From: Vulcanimicrobiota bacterium
GTDB lineage: Bacteria > Vulcanimicrobiota > Vulcanimicrobiia > Vulcanimicrobiales > Vulcanimicrobiaceae
Reading direction: 5' to 3'
Assembly: GCA_028287565.1 (NCBI GenBank)
Contig: JAQBPK010000259.1
Location: 3,146-67,145 of the forward strand
DNA: 64,000 nt
In this document: positions 20,868-30,243 of the stretch, in pieces
Layout: the number at the start of each line of letters is the position of its first letter
Numbering within the stretch: position 1 is the first letter of the stretch
The notes under the pieces: generated by a model
Databases searched by the model: none
Told to the model about the DNA's origin: nothing
Seen by the model: the letters and a program-made list of their open reading frames with translations, nothing else
Program-made: the position numbers and the translations under genes

Positions 20868-21134
20868 ATGTTCACCGCAACTCTCACCACACTCGCCGCC
20901 GTCGCCGCGCTGAACGCGCAAGTCGTTACCGCGAGCACCCCGTCCGCCGCGAACGCCGTTTCCGCGCCCGCCGCGGCCGTCAACGCACCCGCTGTCACCG
21001 CGGTCTCCGTACGTTCGCAGAGCGCGGCCCCGCGCGGCGTGCGAATCCCCGGGACGTTCACCGTCGTCGCGGACCAGAACCCGCTCGAAGGCCTCGAGGC
21101 GCTCTACGTCGTGCGCAGCGGCGACGGCGGCTAA
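20868..21134 (+). CDS. Small putative secreted protein ending GDGG
   Basis: Hydrophobic N-terminus, Ala/Pro-rich linker and typical GC3-rich codons. Confidence 0.5.
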   Translation: MFTATLTTLAAVAALNAQVVTASTPSAANAVSAPAAAVNAPAVTAVSVRSQSAAPRGVRIPGTFTVVADQNPLEGLEALYVVRSGDGG

Positions 21135-21304
21135 CACGCGGAGTCCACAACGGCTCGGCGCCTTTGCGACGCTGCTCACGTCGCGTGCTCCAACGCCGTG
21201 ATCTCGACGAGCTCAACTCCTCGCCGTGTTCCCACGGCGAGGAGATCTCGGTGCGTCGTATCGCGGCGAGATAACGCCGGATGGCGCGGTCTTGGCGCCG
21301 CCCG

Positions 21305-21469
21305 CTACCGGCGACGCCGGCGCGCCGACAGCCACGCGGAAAGCCGGAGCAATCCCGAAAGGATCGCGATCGCGATAGCAAACCCGGTTACGACGAGCAG
21401 CGGCTCCGCCCACCACGGCATACCGCCGCACACGTCGCAGTACCGGGACGCGAGGAGCACGCTAATCAT
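21305..21469 (-). CDS. Small 54-aa membrane protein with CxxC (below the ORF-track cut-off)
   Basis: MISVLLASRYCDVCGGMPWWAEPLLVVTGFAIAIAILSGLLRLSAWLSARRRRR. It starts 3 bp after the upstream stop codon. Confidence 0.55.
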   Translation of the reverse strand: MISVLLASRYCDVCGGMPWWAEPLLVVTGFAIAIAILSGLLRLSAWLSARRRRR

Positions 21470-21472
21470 CGT

Positions 21473-23296
21473 CTAGACCGTTGCGTCCGCGCGCAGCGCG
21501 CGCTGCGTCGCCTCAAGATAACGGGTGCCGAACCGGCGATCAGGCTCGAGGTGCGCGCCTTCGGCCCACTCGTTCCACGCGTTCACGAACACGAGGCGAT
21601 GATCCGGGTGGCCGAGGCGCGCCTGCGTGACGAGCGTCCGCAGCCACCGCTCGTACGATTCGGGCGTCGCGCCGTGGAATACCGTCGCGCGGGCGTTGAG
21701 CCGTGCGGTGTTGTCCCAGCCCGCCATCGCGGTGCGGTATGCGCGAAAGGGTCGCGGCGCGAGCGCGAGCTGCCGCTCCACTACCGCGTCGTAGGAAAGC
21801 ACGGCGCCGCTGAAGTCCGCCCGCAGGCCAGTCACCGCCGTCGCGTCGGCCGGGACGATCTCGCCGTGCGGCGGAAACTCGACGGCAGCGTCAAAGCCGA
21901 CCGGACGCGGATCGGTGAGACCGAACGTCAGCGCCGCGACGAGGTGCAGATCGGGAAAACCTGCCGCGCGGACAACGCTGCGCCAGTGCGCGATCGTCGC
22001 GAGCGGATCGGGGATCGACGCGGCGCGATAGACGACCAGCACCGGCGCGCCGGCGACGCGAAGGTAACGCGGATCGCGGAAAAACGGCAGCAGCTCGTCG
22101 ATGACCGCGCGGTCGAGCTCGGGACCGTGGCGCTGCTCGATCAGCACCTCGTGGTCCTCGCCGTCCCACCGCCGCGTCCACGTCTCGTTCGCCCAGCACA
22201 AGCAGAACGGAAAATCCGGGCGTCCGCTCGCGAGCATCTGCATGACCGGGCGATCGAGCAGCGTCTTCGCGCCGAACGAGTAGTAGTAATAGCAGAACGC
22301 GCTCACGCCGTACGCGCCGGCGAGCGCGGCCTGACTCTCCAGCGTCTCCGGCCGGCGCAAATCGTAGAAGCCGAGGCGTTCGGGCAGATGCGGTTGATAG
22401 TGGCCGTCGAACTGCGGCCGCGCCCGCGTAACGCGCGTCCACTCCGTGAAGCCGGTGCCCCACCAGCGATCGTTCTCCGGAATCGGATGGTACTGCGGCA
22501 AATAGAATGCGACGACCCGAACCTCGTCGGAACGCGCCGCACCGTTCGTGCGCCACGGCCGCCGGCGAACGTGGTCGTCAAGCCGGAATGCGGATAGCGC
22601 CGCATCGTCGGCCGCGCGCTCGATCGCGACGAACCCTTCGTATACGGACATCCGGCTGATCAGCGTGCGCGACGTCCCCGTCGCCGCGACGAGCTCGGCG
22701 ACCAGCTTCGATAGCCCCTCTTCGCCGGCCCAGAAGTTGCCGGGATCCTGGAACTCCGGCCAATGCTCCCACGCCCAGTCTTCGATGACGTAGACGCCGC
22801 CGGGCGGCAGAAGCGGGAAGAGCGTCTCGAAGCTCGCGCGCGTCGGAGCGAACAGATGCGAGCCGTCGTCGATCACGCAATCGAGCGTGCCGCCGAGGTC
22901 GCGTTCGACGATGGTGCGCAGCGCGAGCCGGTCCGCTTGATCGGTCCGCCAGTGCGTGACGACGCGGCCGTGTAGCGCGTTCATCTCGACGTACCGCCGG
23001 AAATAAGCGCTGTCGTCGCGGTCCATCGCGTCGATCGCAACGATTCGCTGCGGCTGCAGCACTTCGTTCCAAAGCGCGGTGCTGCCGCCGTCCCAAATGC
23101 CGATCTCCAGCACGTGCTTCGGCCGAAACGCCGTCGTCGCCCAAAAGCGCTCGAATTGCGCGAGGAGCTGCTGGTTCTTGTAGAGCGCGAAGCAGTCGTC
23201 GCCGAGCTCCCACCGGTCGTCCTTGGCCTGCTCGATGCGGAAGACGAGATCGCCCAGAAGCGCGCGATCGGGCTGCCAGATCAGCCGTTCGAACAA
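21473..23296 (-). CDS. Class I SAM methyltransferase fused to WbsX/GH99-like domain
   Basis: VLEIGIWDGGS and IDDGSH...GGVYVIED, then AFYLPQYHPIPENDRWWG.GFTEW, GFYDLR, FCLCWANE.W, NAWNEWAEG.HLEP. Confidence 0.88.
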   Translation of the reverse strand: MFERLIWQPDRALLGDLVFRIEQAKDDRWELGDDCFALYKNQQLLAQFERFWATTAFRPKHVLEIGIWDGGSTALWNEVLQPQRIVAIDAMDRDDSAYFRRYVEMNALHGRVVTHWRTDQADRLALRTIVERDLGGTLDCVIDDGSHLFAPTRASFETLFPLLPPGGVYVIEDWAWEHWPEFQDPGNFWAGEEGLSKLVAELVAATGTSRTLISRMSVYEGFVAIERAADDAALSAFRLDDHVRRRPWRTNGAARSDEVRVVAFYLPQYHPIPENDRWWGTGFTEWTRVTRARPQFDGHYQPHLPERLGFYDLRRPETLESQAALAGAYGVSAFCYYYYSFGAKTLLDRPVMQMLASGRPDFPFCLCWANETWTRRWDGEDHEVLIEQRHGPELDRAVIDELLPFFRDPRYLRVAGAPVLVVYRAASIPDPLATIAHWRSVVRAAGFPDLHLVAALTFGLTDPRPVGFDAAVEFPPHGEIVPADATAVTGLRADFSGAVLSYDAVVERQLALAPRPFRAYRTAMAGWDNTARLNARATVFHGATPESYERWLRTLVTQARLGHPDHRLVFVNAWNEWAEGAHLEPDRRFGTRYLEATQRALRADATV

Positions 23297-26200
23297 GCCG
23301 CCTCGCCGCGCATCACGGTGACGCCGGTCGCGTCACGGAACGTGGCGGCGCGCGTGCGCTGCACGATCGCCACCTGGTACGCGCCGGCCGCGAGATCGGC
23401 GGCGTCGACGTCGACCGCGAAGCCGCAGTCGTCGGGAAACCCCGCATACGCCGCGGCGACGTCGGGACGCGGGAAGCGCGTGCCGCGGAACACGCGGTCG
23501 TTCGTCGCATCCGCCGCCTCGAGCGCGATGAACACGTCGACCGTGTCCGGAGCGCAATCGTCGATGTGCGCCCAGCCCATCATCCGGACGACGCCGGGAC
23601 CGATCGGCGTAGGCTCCTCGCCGACCGCCGTGTTGATGTTCCCGATGATGTCGAGGTGCGCGTGCGCTGCCGACGGCGGAAGTTGCCGGCTCGGAACCGG
23701 CACGTCGCGCAGCAGCGCTGCGGCGCCCGGCGGCTTGCGCTCGAGCGCCACTTCGACGGCCGCGAGCAAATGGTCGCGCGAGCGCTCGTGGAACGTCATG
23801 ACGTCATCGAGCTCGCGCAGCACGTCCGCCGCGGCGGGCTCCGTGGTCCCGAGCGCATCGCGCAACCGGCGCAGCAGCACCAGGCCGCTCGCAGGTCCGC
23901 GCGCGGCGCGCTTCGTCGCGAGCAGCGCGGCACGACCGTTGCGATCGTCGGGCTCGAGGTAGCGCCCATGCGTCCAATCGTTCCATGCATCGACGAAGAC
24001 GAGCTGCTCGCCGTGCCGCCGCGTAGCGTCGATTGCCGCGGTCAAAGAGAACTCGTACTCCTCGCCGGCGGGCGCGGACGTCACGCGGCGGAAGTAGCGG
24101 TGTGCGGGCCAGGGCGTGGTTTCGGGTGCCGGCGCGGATGCAGCGAGAAACGAGTCGAAGCCGAGGTCGCCCGGCCTCGCGTCGTACGGTGGCTCGACGG
24201 CGCAGAGGTGCAGATCGCCGATCCCGCGCTCCGCCGCGGCGCGGCGCCACGCCGACGTCACGGCATGGTCGTCCGTGACGCGCGCGAGATCGCGCACGAT
24301 CAGCAGCGGGCGGCCGTCGATGCGGAGCGCGCGGGGATCGGCGAGGGCGTCCACGATGCGGTCGAAGACAGCCGGCGCCGACGACGGCTCGACCGTCGCG
24401 TCGTCGTCCACGCCGATCATCAGGCAGAACGGAAAGTCCGGCCGGCCGCTCGCGAGCAGATCGCGCAGCGCTGCGTCCCAGCGCGGGCCGCCCGCGCCCC
24501 ACATCCATAGGTACGCGAACGCGTCGATGCCGTGAGCGCGCGCGAGCGCCACTTGCGACTCGCGCATCTCGGCGACGCGCGGATCGGCGAACCCGAGGTC
24601 CGCAGGCAGCGGGACCGGCGGATCGGCCGCCGTCAATTGCGCCCACGTGCTCTGCGCGAAATCGCCCTCGTCGCTCGATTCGGGCGCGTAGCAGCGCGGA
24701 TCGTAGAGCGCGACGATCGCGACGTCGCGCTGCACCGCGGGCCGCGCCGCGATGCCGGCGTTCGCTTCGGGCCGGCGCGCCAGCACGAGGTCCTGTGCGA
24801 ATCGGCCGTCCGCGTCGCCCGCCAGCACGATGCTCTCGAAGCCCGCGGCGGTCAGCTCGCGGCGCACGACGTCGCCGGTCGCAAACGCGATGCCGTACAA
24901 CGGCTCACCGCCGTAGAAATCGCTCAGCGCTGTGAAGCCGAACCCGTCCTCGCGCACCTCGGCGGCGGTCGCCTCCCGCACCGTGTCCGGATACGAACCG
25001 TAATGCTCGATCTCGTGCGCGAGCCAGGGGCGCAGGTGCGCCTCGGGCAGGTAGGTGAATGCCGCGACGCCGCCCGGGCGCAGCATGCGCAGCCATGCGC
25101 GCAACGTGTGCCGCCAGTGCTCGAGCGGCGTGTGCGTCAATAGCGAGATGCAGACGACGGCGTCGAGATCGCCGGGAAGCGCGTCCTCGTCCGGGCGCCA
25201 GCCGGTCGCGACCGGGAGCGCGCCGAGATGCTCCGCGCAGAACTGGATCGCGCCCGCGTCGATGTCGCACGCGTACACCGCCGCGTGCGGCAGCGCGGCG
25301 CGCAGTGCGCGCGTCATGCGGCCGTAGTGCGACGCGTAGTCGGCGACGGCGCGGCTCGCAGCCAGGCCGGAGTGCCCCTGCTCGCGCAGCAGCCGGTCGA
25401 TCTCGGCGAGCTGGCTCGCGGCCGATTCAAAGTACCAGTCGCGACGAATCGTGTCGCCGGTCGTGAAGATCACGTCGTCGGGCGAGACGGTGCGGTCCAT
25501 TCGCGCGAGCACGGCGTCACAATCGAAGCTCGGTGCGGTGGCGGCGGGCACGTGACGCCGTGTCTTGGGCCACGCGACCCCGCTCGCGCGAATCAGCGCG
25601 ACGAGCTCCGGCGCCACCGTGTCGAGGCTTTCGCCGCGGTCGGCGTCGAGGTCGTTCGTAAACGTCGCGAACTCCGCGAAGAGCTCGGGATCGAACGCGT
25701 CGCCGGCCTCTTCGAGGACCTCGCAGTACGCGCGAACGATGCTGCGATTGGGTGCCTTGCACGCGCTATCGAGAAACGAGCGCAGGCGCCGCGCCGCGAC
25801 GCGGCGCACCATCGGCGGCAGGTTCGCCGGCGCCAGCCGCTCCGGATGCACGAGGACGTTGTAGGAGAGCGGCACGTCGAGGTCGTCGACGAAGCGCACG
25901 AGGTCGACGATGCCGAGGACGTTCACGTTCTGGAACGTCGGGCAGACTGCGACATCGACGTTCGGAATCGTCCGCAGCCAGCCGAGCGTGTCGGACACCG
26001 TCGCCCAATCGGAGCCGTGGCGGAGATACCCGTTCAGCGGGCCGTAGCCGTCGACGCTCACGTTCACGTTGAAACCGCGGAACTGCGGCACCAGCTCGGC
26101 GAGCCGCGCGCTGCGCTGCTGTCCGTTCGTGACGATGCCGACATACAGCGTCGGCGCGAGGCCGCGCGCGACGAGCGCGTCCAGCAGCTCCCACGTCTGC

Positions 26201-26898
26201 TTGATGAGGAACGGCTCACCGCCGAGCAGGGACAGCATCGCGCGTTCGTGGCCGGCGGCGGCGATCGTGTCGACGAGGCTGTCGATCTGCTTGAACCACG
26301 CGGTGCCGTTGCTGGCCGCGACCGGCGTCGCACCGGACCACGCGACCTGGACGGGATCAGTCCCGATCTTCGAGCTCGAGTGCGCGTTGCAACTGCGGCA
26401 CTTCAGCGTGCAGACGTTGCCGAGCTCGAAGATGAACCAATCCGGCTTCCGCTCGAGCCGGTAGCCCGTAGCGGCCCCTTCCGAGGCGAGCTGCTCGACG
26501 GCGAGGCCGCCGCCGTGGATGCGATAGCCCGAGTTCAGGAGCAAGCGGCGGCTCACCGCGCCCCGCTCCTCGTTCATCCAGCACGACCCGCAGCTCGGCG
26601 GCCGTTCACCGCGCGCCATCGCCGCCCGGATACCGACGAGCTCGTCCGCGTTCCAGATTGTGTCGAGCGGGTCGCGCGCAATGTTCGCTTCACGACCGTC
26701 GACCATTAACATCGACTGCACGTCGCAGCAAAAGTGGGCCTGTCCGCCAGGTCTGATGATGAGGTTCGTCCAGGGTACGATGCAGGCCGTTTTCGAGATC
26801 GGAGTACACCCCGGCGAAGCAGATAGCAGATGCGCGGTACGACGGCGCTTCTCGGGCGACCTCTGCGGTACGGGGATTGCGTGCCGCTTGCGGCGCAC
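23281..26898 (-). CDS. SPASM/twitch + radical SAM + methyltransferase + degenerate WbsX/GH99-like fusion protein
   Basis: C.VPW...CC...IWN...C.SC, then CTLKCRSC and GGEPF, then ADYASHYGR..ACDID (methyltransferase), then LGF.DPR...FPFCL...DAWNDWTHG.YLEP. Confidence 0.82.
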   Translation of the reverse strand: MRRKRHAIPVPQRSPEKRRRTAHLLSASPGCTPISKTACIVPWTNLIIRPGGQAHFCCDVQSMLMVDGREANIARDPLDTIWNADELVGIRAAMARGERPPSCGSCWMNEERGAVSRRLLLNSGYRIHGGGLAVEQLASEGAATGYRLERKPDWFIFELGNVCTLKCRSCNAHSSSKIGTDPVQVAWSGATPVAASNGTAWFKQIDSLVDTIAAAGHERAMLSLLGGEPFLIKQTWELLDALVARGLAPTLYVGIVTNGQQRSARLAELVPQFRGFNVNVSVDGYGPLNGYLRHGSDWATVSDTLGWLRTIPNVDVAVCPTFQNVNVLGIVDLVRFVDDLDVPLSYNVLVHPERLAPANLPPMVRRVAARRLRSFLDSACKAPNRSIVRAYCEVLEEAGDAFDPELFAEFATFTNDLDADRGESLDTVAPELVALIRASGVAWPKTRRHVPAATAPSFDCDAVLARMDRTVSPDDVIFTTGDTIRRDWYFESAASQLAEIDRLLREQGHSGLAASRAVADYASHYGRMTRALRAALPHAAVYACDIDAGAIQFCAEHLGALPVATGWRPDEDALPGDLDAVVCISLLTHTPLEHWRHTLRAWLRMLRPGGVAAFTYLPEAHLRPWLAHEIEHYGSYPDTVREATAAEVREDGFGFTALSDFYGGEPLYGIAFATGDVVRRELTAAGFESIVLAGDADGRFAQDLVLARRPEANAGIAARPAVQRDVAIVALYDPRCYAPESSDEGDFAQSTWAQLTAADPPVPLPADLGFADPRVAEMRESQVALARAHGIDAFAYLWMWGAGGPRWDAALRDLLASGRPDFPFCLMIGVDDDATVEPSSAPAVFDRIVDALADPRALRIDGRPLLIVRDLARVTDDHAVTSAWRRAAAERGIGDLHLCAVEPPYDARPGDLGFDSFLAASAPAPETTPWPAHRYFRRVTSAPAGEEYEFSLTAAIDATRRHGEQLVFVDAWNDWTHGRYLEPDDRNGRAALLATKRAARGPASGLVLLRRLRDALGTTEPAAADVLRELDDVMTFHERSRDHLLAAVEVALERKPPGAAALLRDVPVPSRQLPPSAAHAHLDIIGNINTAVGEEPTPIGPGVVRMMGWAHIDDCAPDTVDVFIALEAADATNDRVFRGTRFPRPDVAAAYAGFPDDCGFAVDVDAADLAAGAYQVAIVQRTRAATFRDATGVTVMRGEAACSNG

Positions 26899-26978
26899 AT
26901 GTTCAGCCGGGCGCGGCGCAGTGGTGCATTTCGGCGGCGGAGCGCGCGGTACGCGAATATCTCGGACGCCAAGGCGCG

Positions 26979-27419
26979 CTAGTCGTCGTCCAGACCGTTG
27001 TCTTCTTTATATTGCAGCAGGTCGAGCGACAGCCGAATCTCAGGGTGGTCGGCGAGCCACGGATTTTCCGCGATCGCCTCAGCGCGGTCCCCGCCATACA
27101 GTTCGCGGTTCAGCACCCAGGTGTTCCACGCATCGGCTCCGCCCGCGACGGCGTGCTCGCGCACGTAGCTCGCCACGTCCCCGTCGCTCTGCGCGGCGAG
27201 CACGGCCGCTTGAAAGTCGTCCGGCGAGATCCCGAGGTTCTCGAGCATGTAGCCCGTGAAGCCCTCGAGGGAATACCCCGCCAAATTTCCGCCCGGGAGC
27301 GCCGCTCGAAACTTGTCGATCGAGCGGGGAAGAAAGACGACGCCGGCGAGTTCGGCGCGCGTTGCGCGGGGACGTGCTTTGCTGAGATCGAGCGGTTCCA
27401 TCGACGCTCCCGACGGCAC
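26979..27419 (-). CDS. DUF5069-like protein
   Basis: DL....PR....LAG...LPR.IDK.RA...G.L..Y. Confidence 0.7.
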   Translation of the reverse strand: MPSGASMEPLDLSKARPRATRAELAGVVFLPRSIDKFRAALPGGNLAGYSLEGFTGYMLENLGISPDDFQAAVLAAQSDGDVASYVREHAVAGGADAWNTWVLNRELYGGDRAEAIAENPWLADHPEIRLSLDLLQYKEDNGLDDD

Positions 27420-27703
27420 GATGCTCCGGGATGGTTGCGTAAAGCTCGCCGAAGTGCGCTTGCCTAGCTCTGCATCACTTGACAGGCAGCCGCCGCTAGG
27501 AGCATCCTTGGCGGACGGGGACGATCCGCCATCTTCGTCGGGTGACGCTTTGCGGGGTCAAGCGCGATACTACCCGTCACGAGCAACCTGTTGCGCGTTT
27601 CGCGGTGTTCGAAACGGCGCGAACGGTCCGGTTCACGGCGCCTCGCAGTGTACGCACACGCGCGGCGGCGATTTATCGTCTCAATTCTTGCGGAGGGGAA
27701 TCA

Positions 27704-28444
27704 ATGTCGACCGCTCAGGCAACTTTGGCGGACACGCCCACCGAGGCACTCGCAAGCGTTCACGAGATCCGTAGGCGCTTGAACGCGAAGCAACTGCTGG
27801 AGATACCGTTCTTCAAGCACATCAAGGAGCAGCGCCTCAGCGATGCGGAGCTCCGCGAGTTCTTCCTGCAGTATTACTCGATCGTCAAGACGTCGTACCG
27901 CATGCTGGCCGCCGGGATTCTGAACGCGAAGCCCGAGGATACCGACTCGATCTTGCATCTCGTGCGCTTCCTCGATACCGAGTCCGGCGGCGTTCCGAGC
28001 CATCTCGCGCACTATTTGCGGTGGGCGGAGAGCTTCGGCGTGACCAAAGCGGATTTAGCGGCCGCGCAGCCCAACGAGCGCTCGCGCGCGTTCGAAGACA
28101 CTCTGATGGGCTACTTCTCGTCCAACGACAGCTTCGTCCACAAGGCGGCTCAGCTCGGCCTGGAGGACAGCGCCGAGGTGTTGATCGAGGGGCTGGACGA
28201 GGGCTTCAAGCACTACCCCATGTCCACGCGGACGTACGGTTATCTGATGATCCACCTGCTGCTGGAGAACGATGAGGACGGGCACAGCGCTTGGGCGATC
28301 GAGTCGCTCGCCGAAGACCCCGATCTGTTCCGGCGGCGCGACGAGGTCGAGGCGGTGTACACCAACGTCTACAAGGCCTTCGAGGGCGTCTTCAACGGCA
28401 TCTACGACGCGTGGACGAGCAAAGCGCATGCCGTAGCGCGCTGA
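27704..28444 (+). CDS. Heme-oxygenase-like diiron oxidase (TenA/PqqC/CADD superfamily)
   Basis: All-helical protein with candidate metal ligands E-x6-H (DTESGGVPSH), E (GLEDSAE) and H/E/H (IHLLLENDEDGH). GGAGGGG RBS. Confidence 0.72.
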   Translation: MSTAQATLADTPTEALASVHEIRRRLNAKQLLEIPFFKHIKEQRLSDAELREFFLQYYSIVKTSYRMLAAGILNAKPEDTDSILHLVRFLDTESGGVPSHLAHYLRWAESFGVTKADLAAAQPNERSRAFEDTLMGYFSSNDSFVHKAAQLGLEDSAEVLIEGLDEGFKHYPMSTRTYGYLMIHLLLENDEDGHSAWAIESLAEDPDLFRRRDEVEAVYTNVYKAFEGVFNGIYDAWTSKAHAVAR

Positions 28445-28456
28445 GGCCGAGACGAC

Positions 28457-28687
28457 ATGGAAGCGAACGGCGGCGACGACACGGCGACCTACGCCGTCGT
28501 CGTAAATCACGAGGAGCAGTATTCGCTCCAGCCGGTGGACCGCGAGGTTCCCGCCGGCTGGCGGGCCGTGGGCAAACGGGGCTCCAAGGCCGAATGTCTC
28601 GACCACATAAAGACGGTGTGGACGGACATGCGGCCTTTGAGCCTACGGAAGCTCATGCAGGAGCAGCAGGCGGCGGCGCAATCGTAG
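28457..28687 (+). CDS. MbtH-like protein
   Basis: [11 protein letters not shown]....PAGW...[16 protein letters not shown]. Confidence 0.95.
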   Translation: MEANGGDDTATYAVVVNHEEQYSLQPVDREVPAGWRAVGKRGSKAECLDHIKTVWTDMRPLSLRKLMQEQQAAAQS

Positions 28688-28701
28688 GGGAGCGGCTTCG
28701 G

Positions 28702-30243
28702 ATGGGCGACTTTGTCAAACGCGTCGCGGCCCTCTCGCCGGAACAGCTCTCCGTGCTCAAAAGCCGCCTGCGGCCGAACGGCGGAAGCGACGTGCGGACG
28801 CAGATACCGCGCCGGCCGCGAGACCGTGACCTGTTTCCGCTCTCCTTTGCCCAGGAGCGGTTGTGGTTTCTCGACCAGCTGCACCGGGGCAGCCCGATGT
28901 ACAACATCGCGACGTCCTATCGCTTCCAGGGTCCGCTCAACATCGAGGCGCTGGAGCAGAGCCTGGATGAGATCGTGCGGCGCCACGAGGTGTTGCGCAC
29001 GACCTTCACCGCCACCGACGGCCAGCCGAGCCAACAGGTTCTTCCGCCCCGGCCGCTGGCGCCGGCGCGCGTCGATCTGCGCGAGATGCCGGCGGCGGCG
29101 CGCGAGCTGGAGACGCAGCGGCTGATGTGGGAAGAATCCGCGGCGCCGTTCGACTTGTCGCGCGATCTGCTGGTGCGCGCGACGTTGTTGGAGCTGGACG
29201 ACGCGGATCACGTGCTGTTGCTGACGATGCACCACATCGTCTCCGACGGCTGGTCGCTCGGCGTGTTCGCGCGCGAGCTCACCGCGCTCTACGACGCGTT
29301 CTCCGCGGGACGACCCTCGCCGCTGCCCGAGCTGCCCATTCAGTACGCCGATTTCGCGCAGTGGCAGCGCGAAACGCTGCAGGGCCCGCTGCTCGAGCGA
29401 CACATCGCCTATTGGAAGCGGCAGCTCGCGGGCGCGCCGGCGCTCGCGGCGCTGCCCGCCGACCGTCCTCGGCCGGCCGTGCAGAGCTTCCGCGGCGCGG
29501 TGCAACCGTTCTTCATCGCGCTTCCCGTCTTGGAAGAGCTCAAGGCGTTGGGACGGCGGCAGGCGGCGACGCTCTTCATGACGCTGCTGGCAGCGTTCAC
29601 CACGCTGCTCTACCGCTACTCGGCGCAAGAGGACCAGGTCGTCGGAACGCTGATCGCCGGCCGCAACCGGATGGAGATCGAGGGGCTGATCGGGTTCTTC
29701 GTCAACGCGCTTGCGCTGCGCACCGATCTCTCCGGAAACCCGACGTTCCGCGAGCTGCTGGGGCGCGTCGCCGAGGTCACGCTCGAAGCGTACGCGCACC
29801 AAGATCTCCCGTTCGAAAAGCTGGTGGAGGAGCTGCATCCCGAGCGTAACCTGAGCCATCACCCGCTGTTCCAAGTGCTGTTCGCGCTGCAGAACACCCC
29901 GGCGTCGCTCGACGAGGCGGCGGCACCGTCCGACGCTCCGCAGCTCGGCAGCGGCACGGCAAAGTTCGATCTCTCGCTCTTCATGGCCGAGATGACGAAC
30001 GGGCTGCTCTGCTCGTTCGAATACAACACGGATCTCTTCGACGCCGCCACCGTCTACCGGATGGCGGAGCATCTCATCGCGCTGCTGGACGGAATCGCCG
30101 CCGATCCCGACCGGCGCATCCTGGAGATCCCGCTGGCGCACGGCGGCGAAGGCAGCGATGCCGAGCCGGCTCCCGAGCTCGCCGAAACGTTTCTCGACGA
30201 CAAGTTCGCCTTCGAGCTTGCGCAGCCGAGGCCCACGTCATGA
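28702..30243 (+). CDS. Stand-alone NRPS condensation domain protein
   Basis: Docking-like N-terminus, [11 protein letters not shown], intact [16 protein letters not shown]. Ends without A or T domains. Confidence 0.9.
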   Translation: MGDFVKRVAALSPEQLSVLKSRLRPNGGSDVRTQIPRRPRDRDLFPLSFAQERLWFLDQLHRGSPMYNIATSYRFQGPLNIEALEQSLDEIVRRHEVLRTTFTATDGQPSQQVLPPRPLAPARVDLREMPAAARELETQRLMWEESAAPFDLSRDLLVRATLLELDDADHVLLLTMHHIVSDGWSLGVFARELTALYDAFSAGRPSPLPELPIQYADFAQWQRETLQGPLLERHIAYWKRQLAGAPALAALPADRPRPAVQSFRGAVQPFFIALPVLEELKALGRRQAATLFMTLLAAFTTLLYRYSAQEDQVVGTLIAGRNRMEIEGLIGFFVNALALRTDLSGNPTFRELLGRVAEVTLEAYAHQDLPFEKLVEELHPERNLSHHPLFQVLFALQNTPASLDEAAAPSDAPQLGSGTAKFDLSLFMAEMTNGLLCSFEYNTDLFDAATVYRMAEHLIALLDGIAADPDRRILEIPLAHGGEGSDAEPAPELAETFLDDKFAFELAQPRPTS

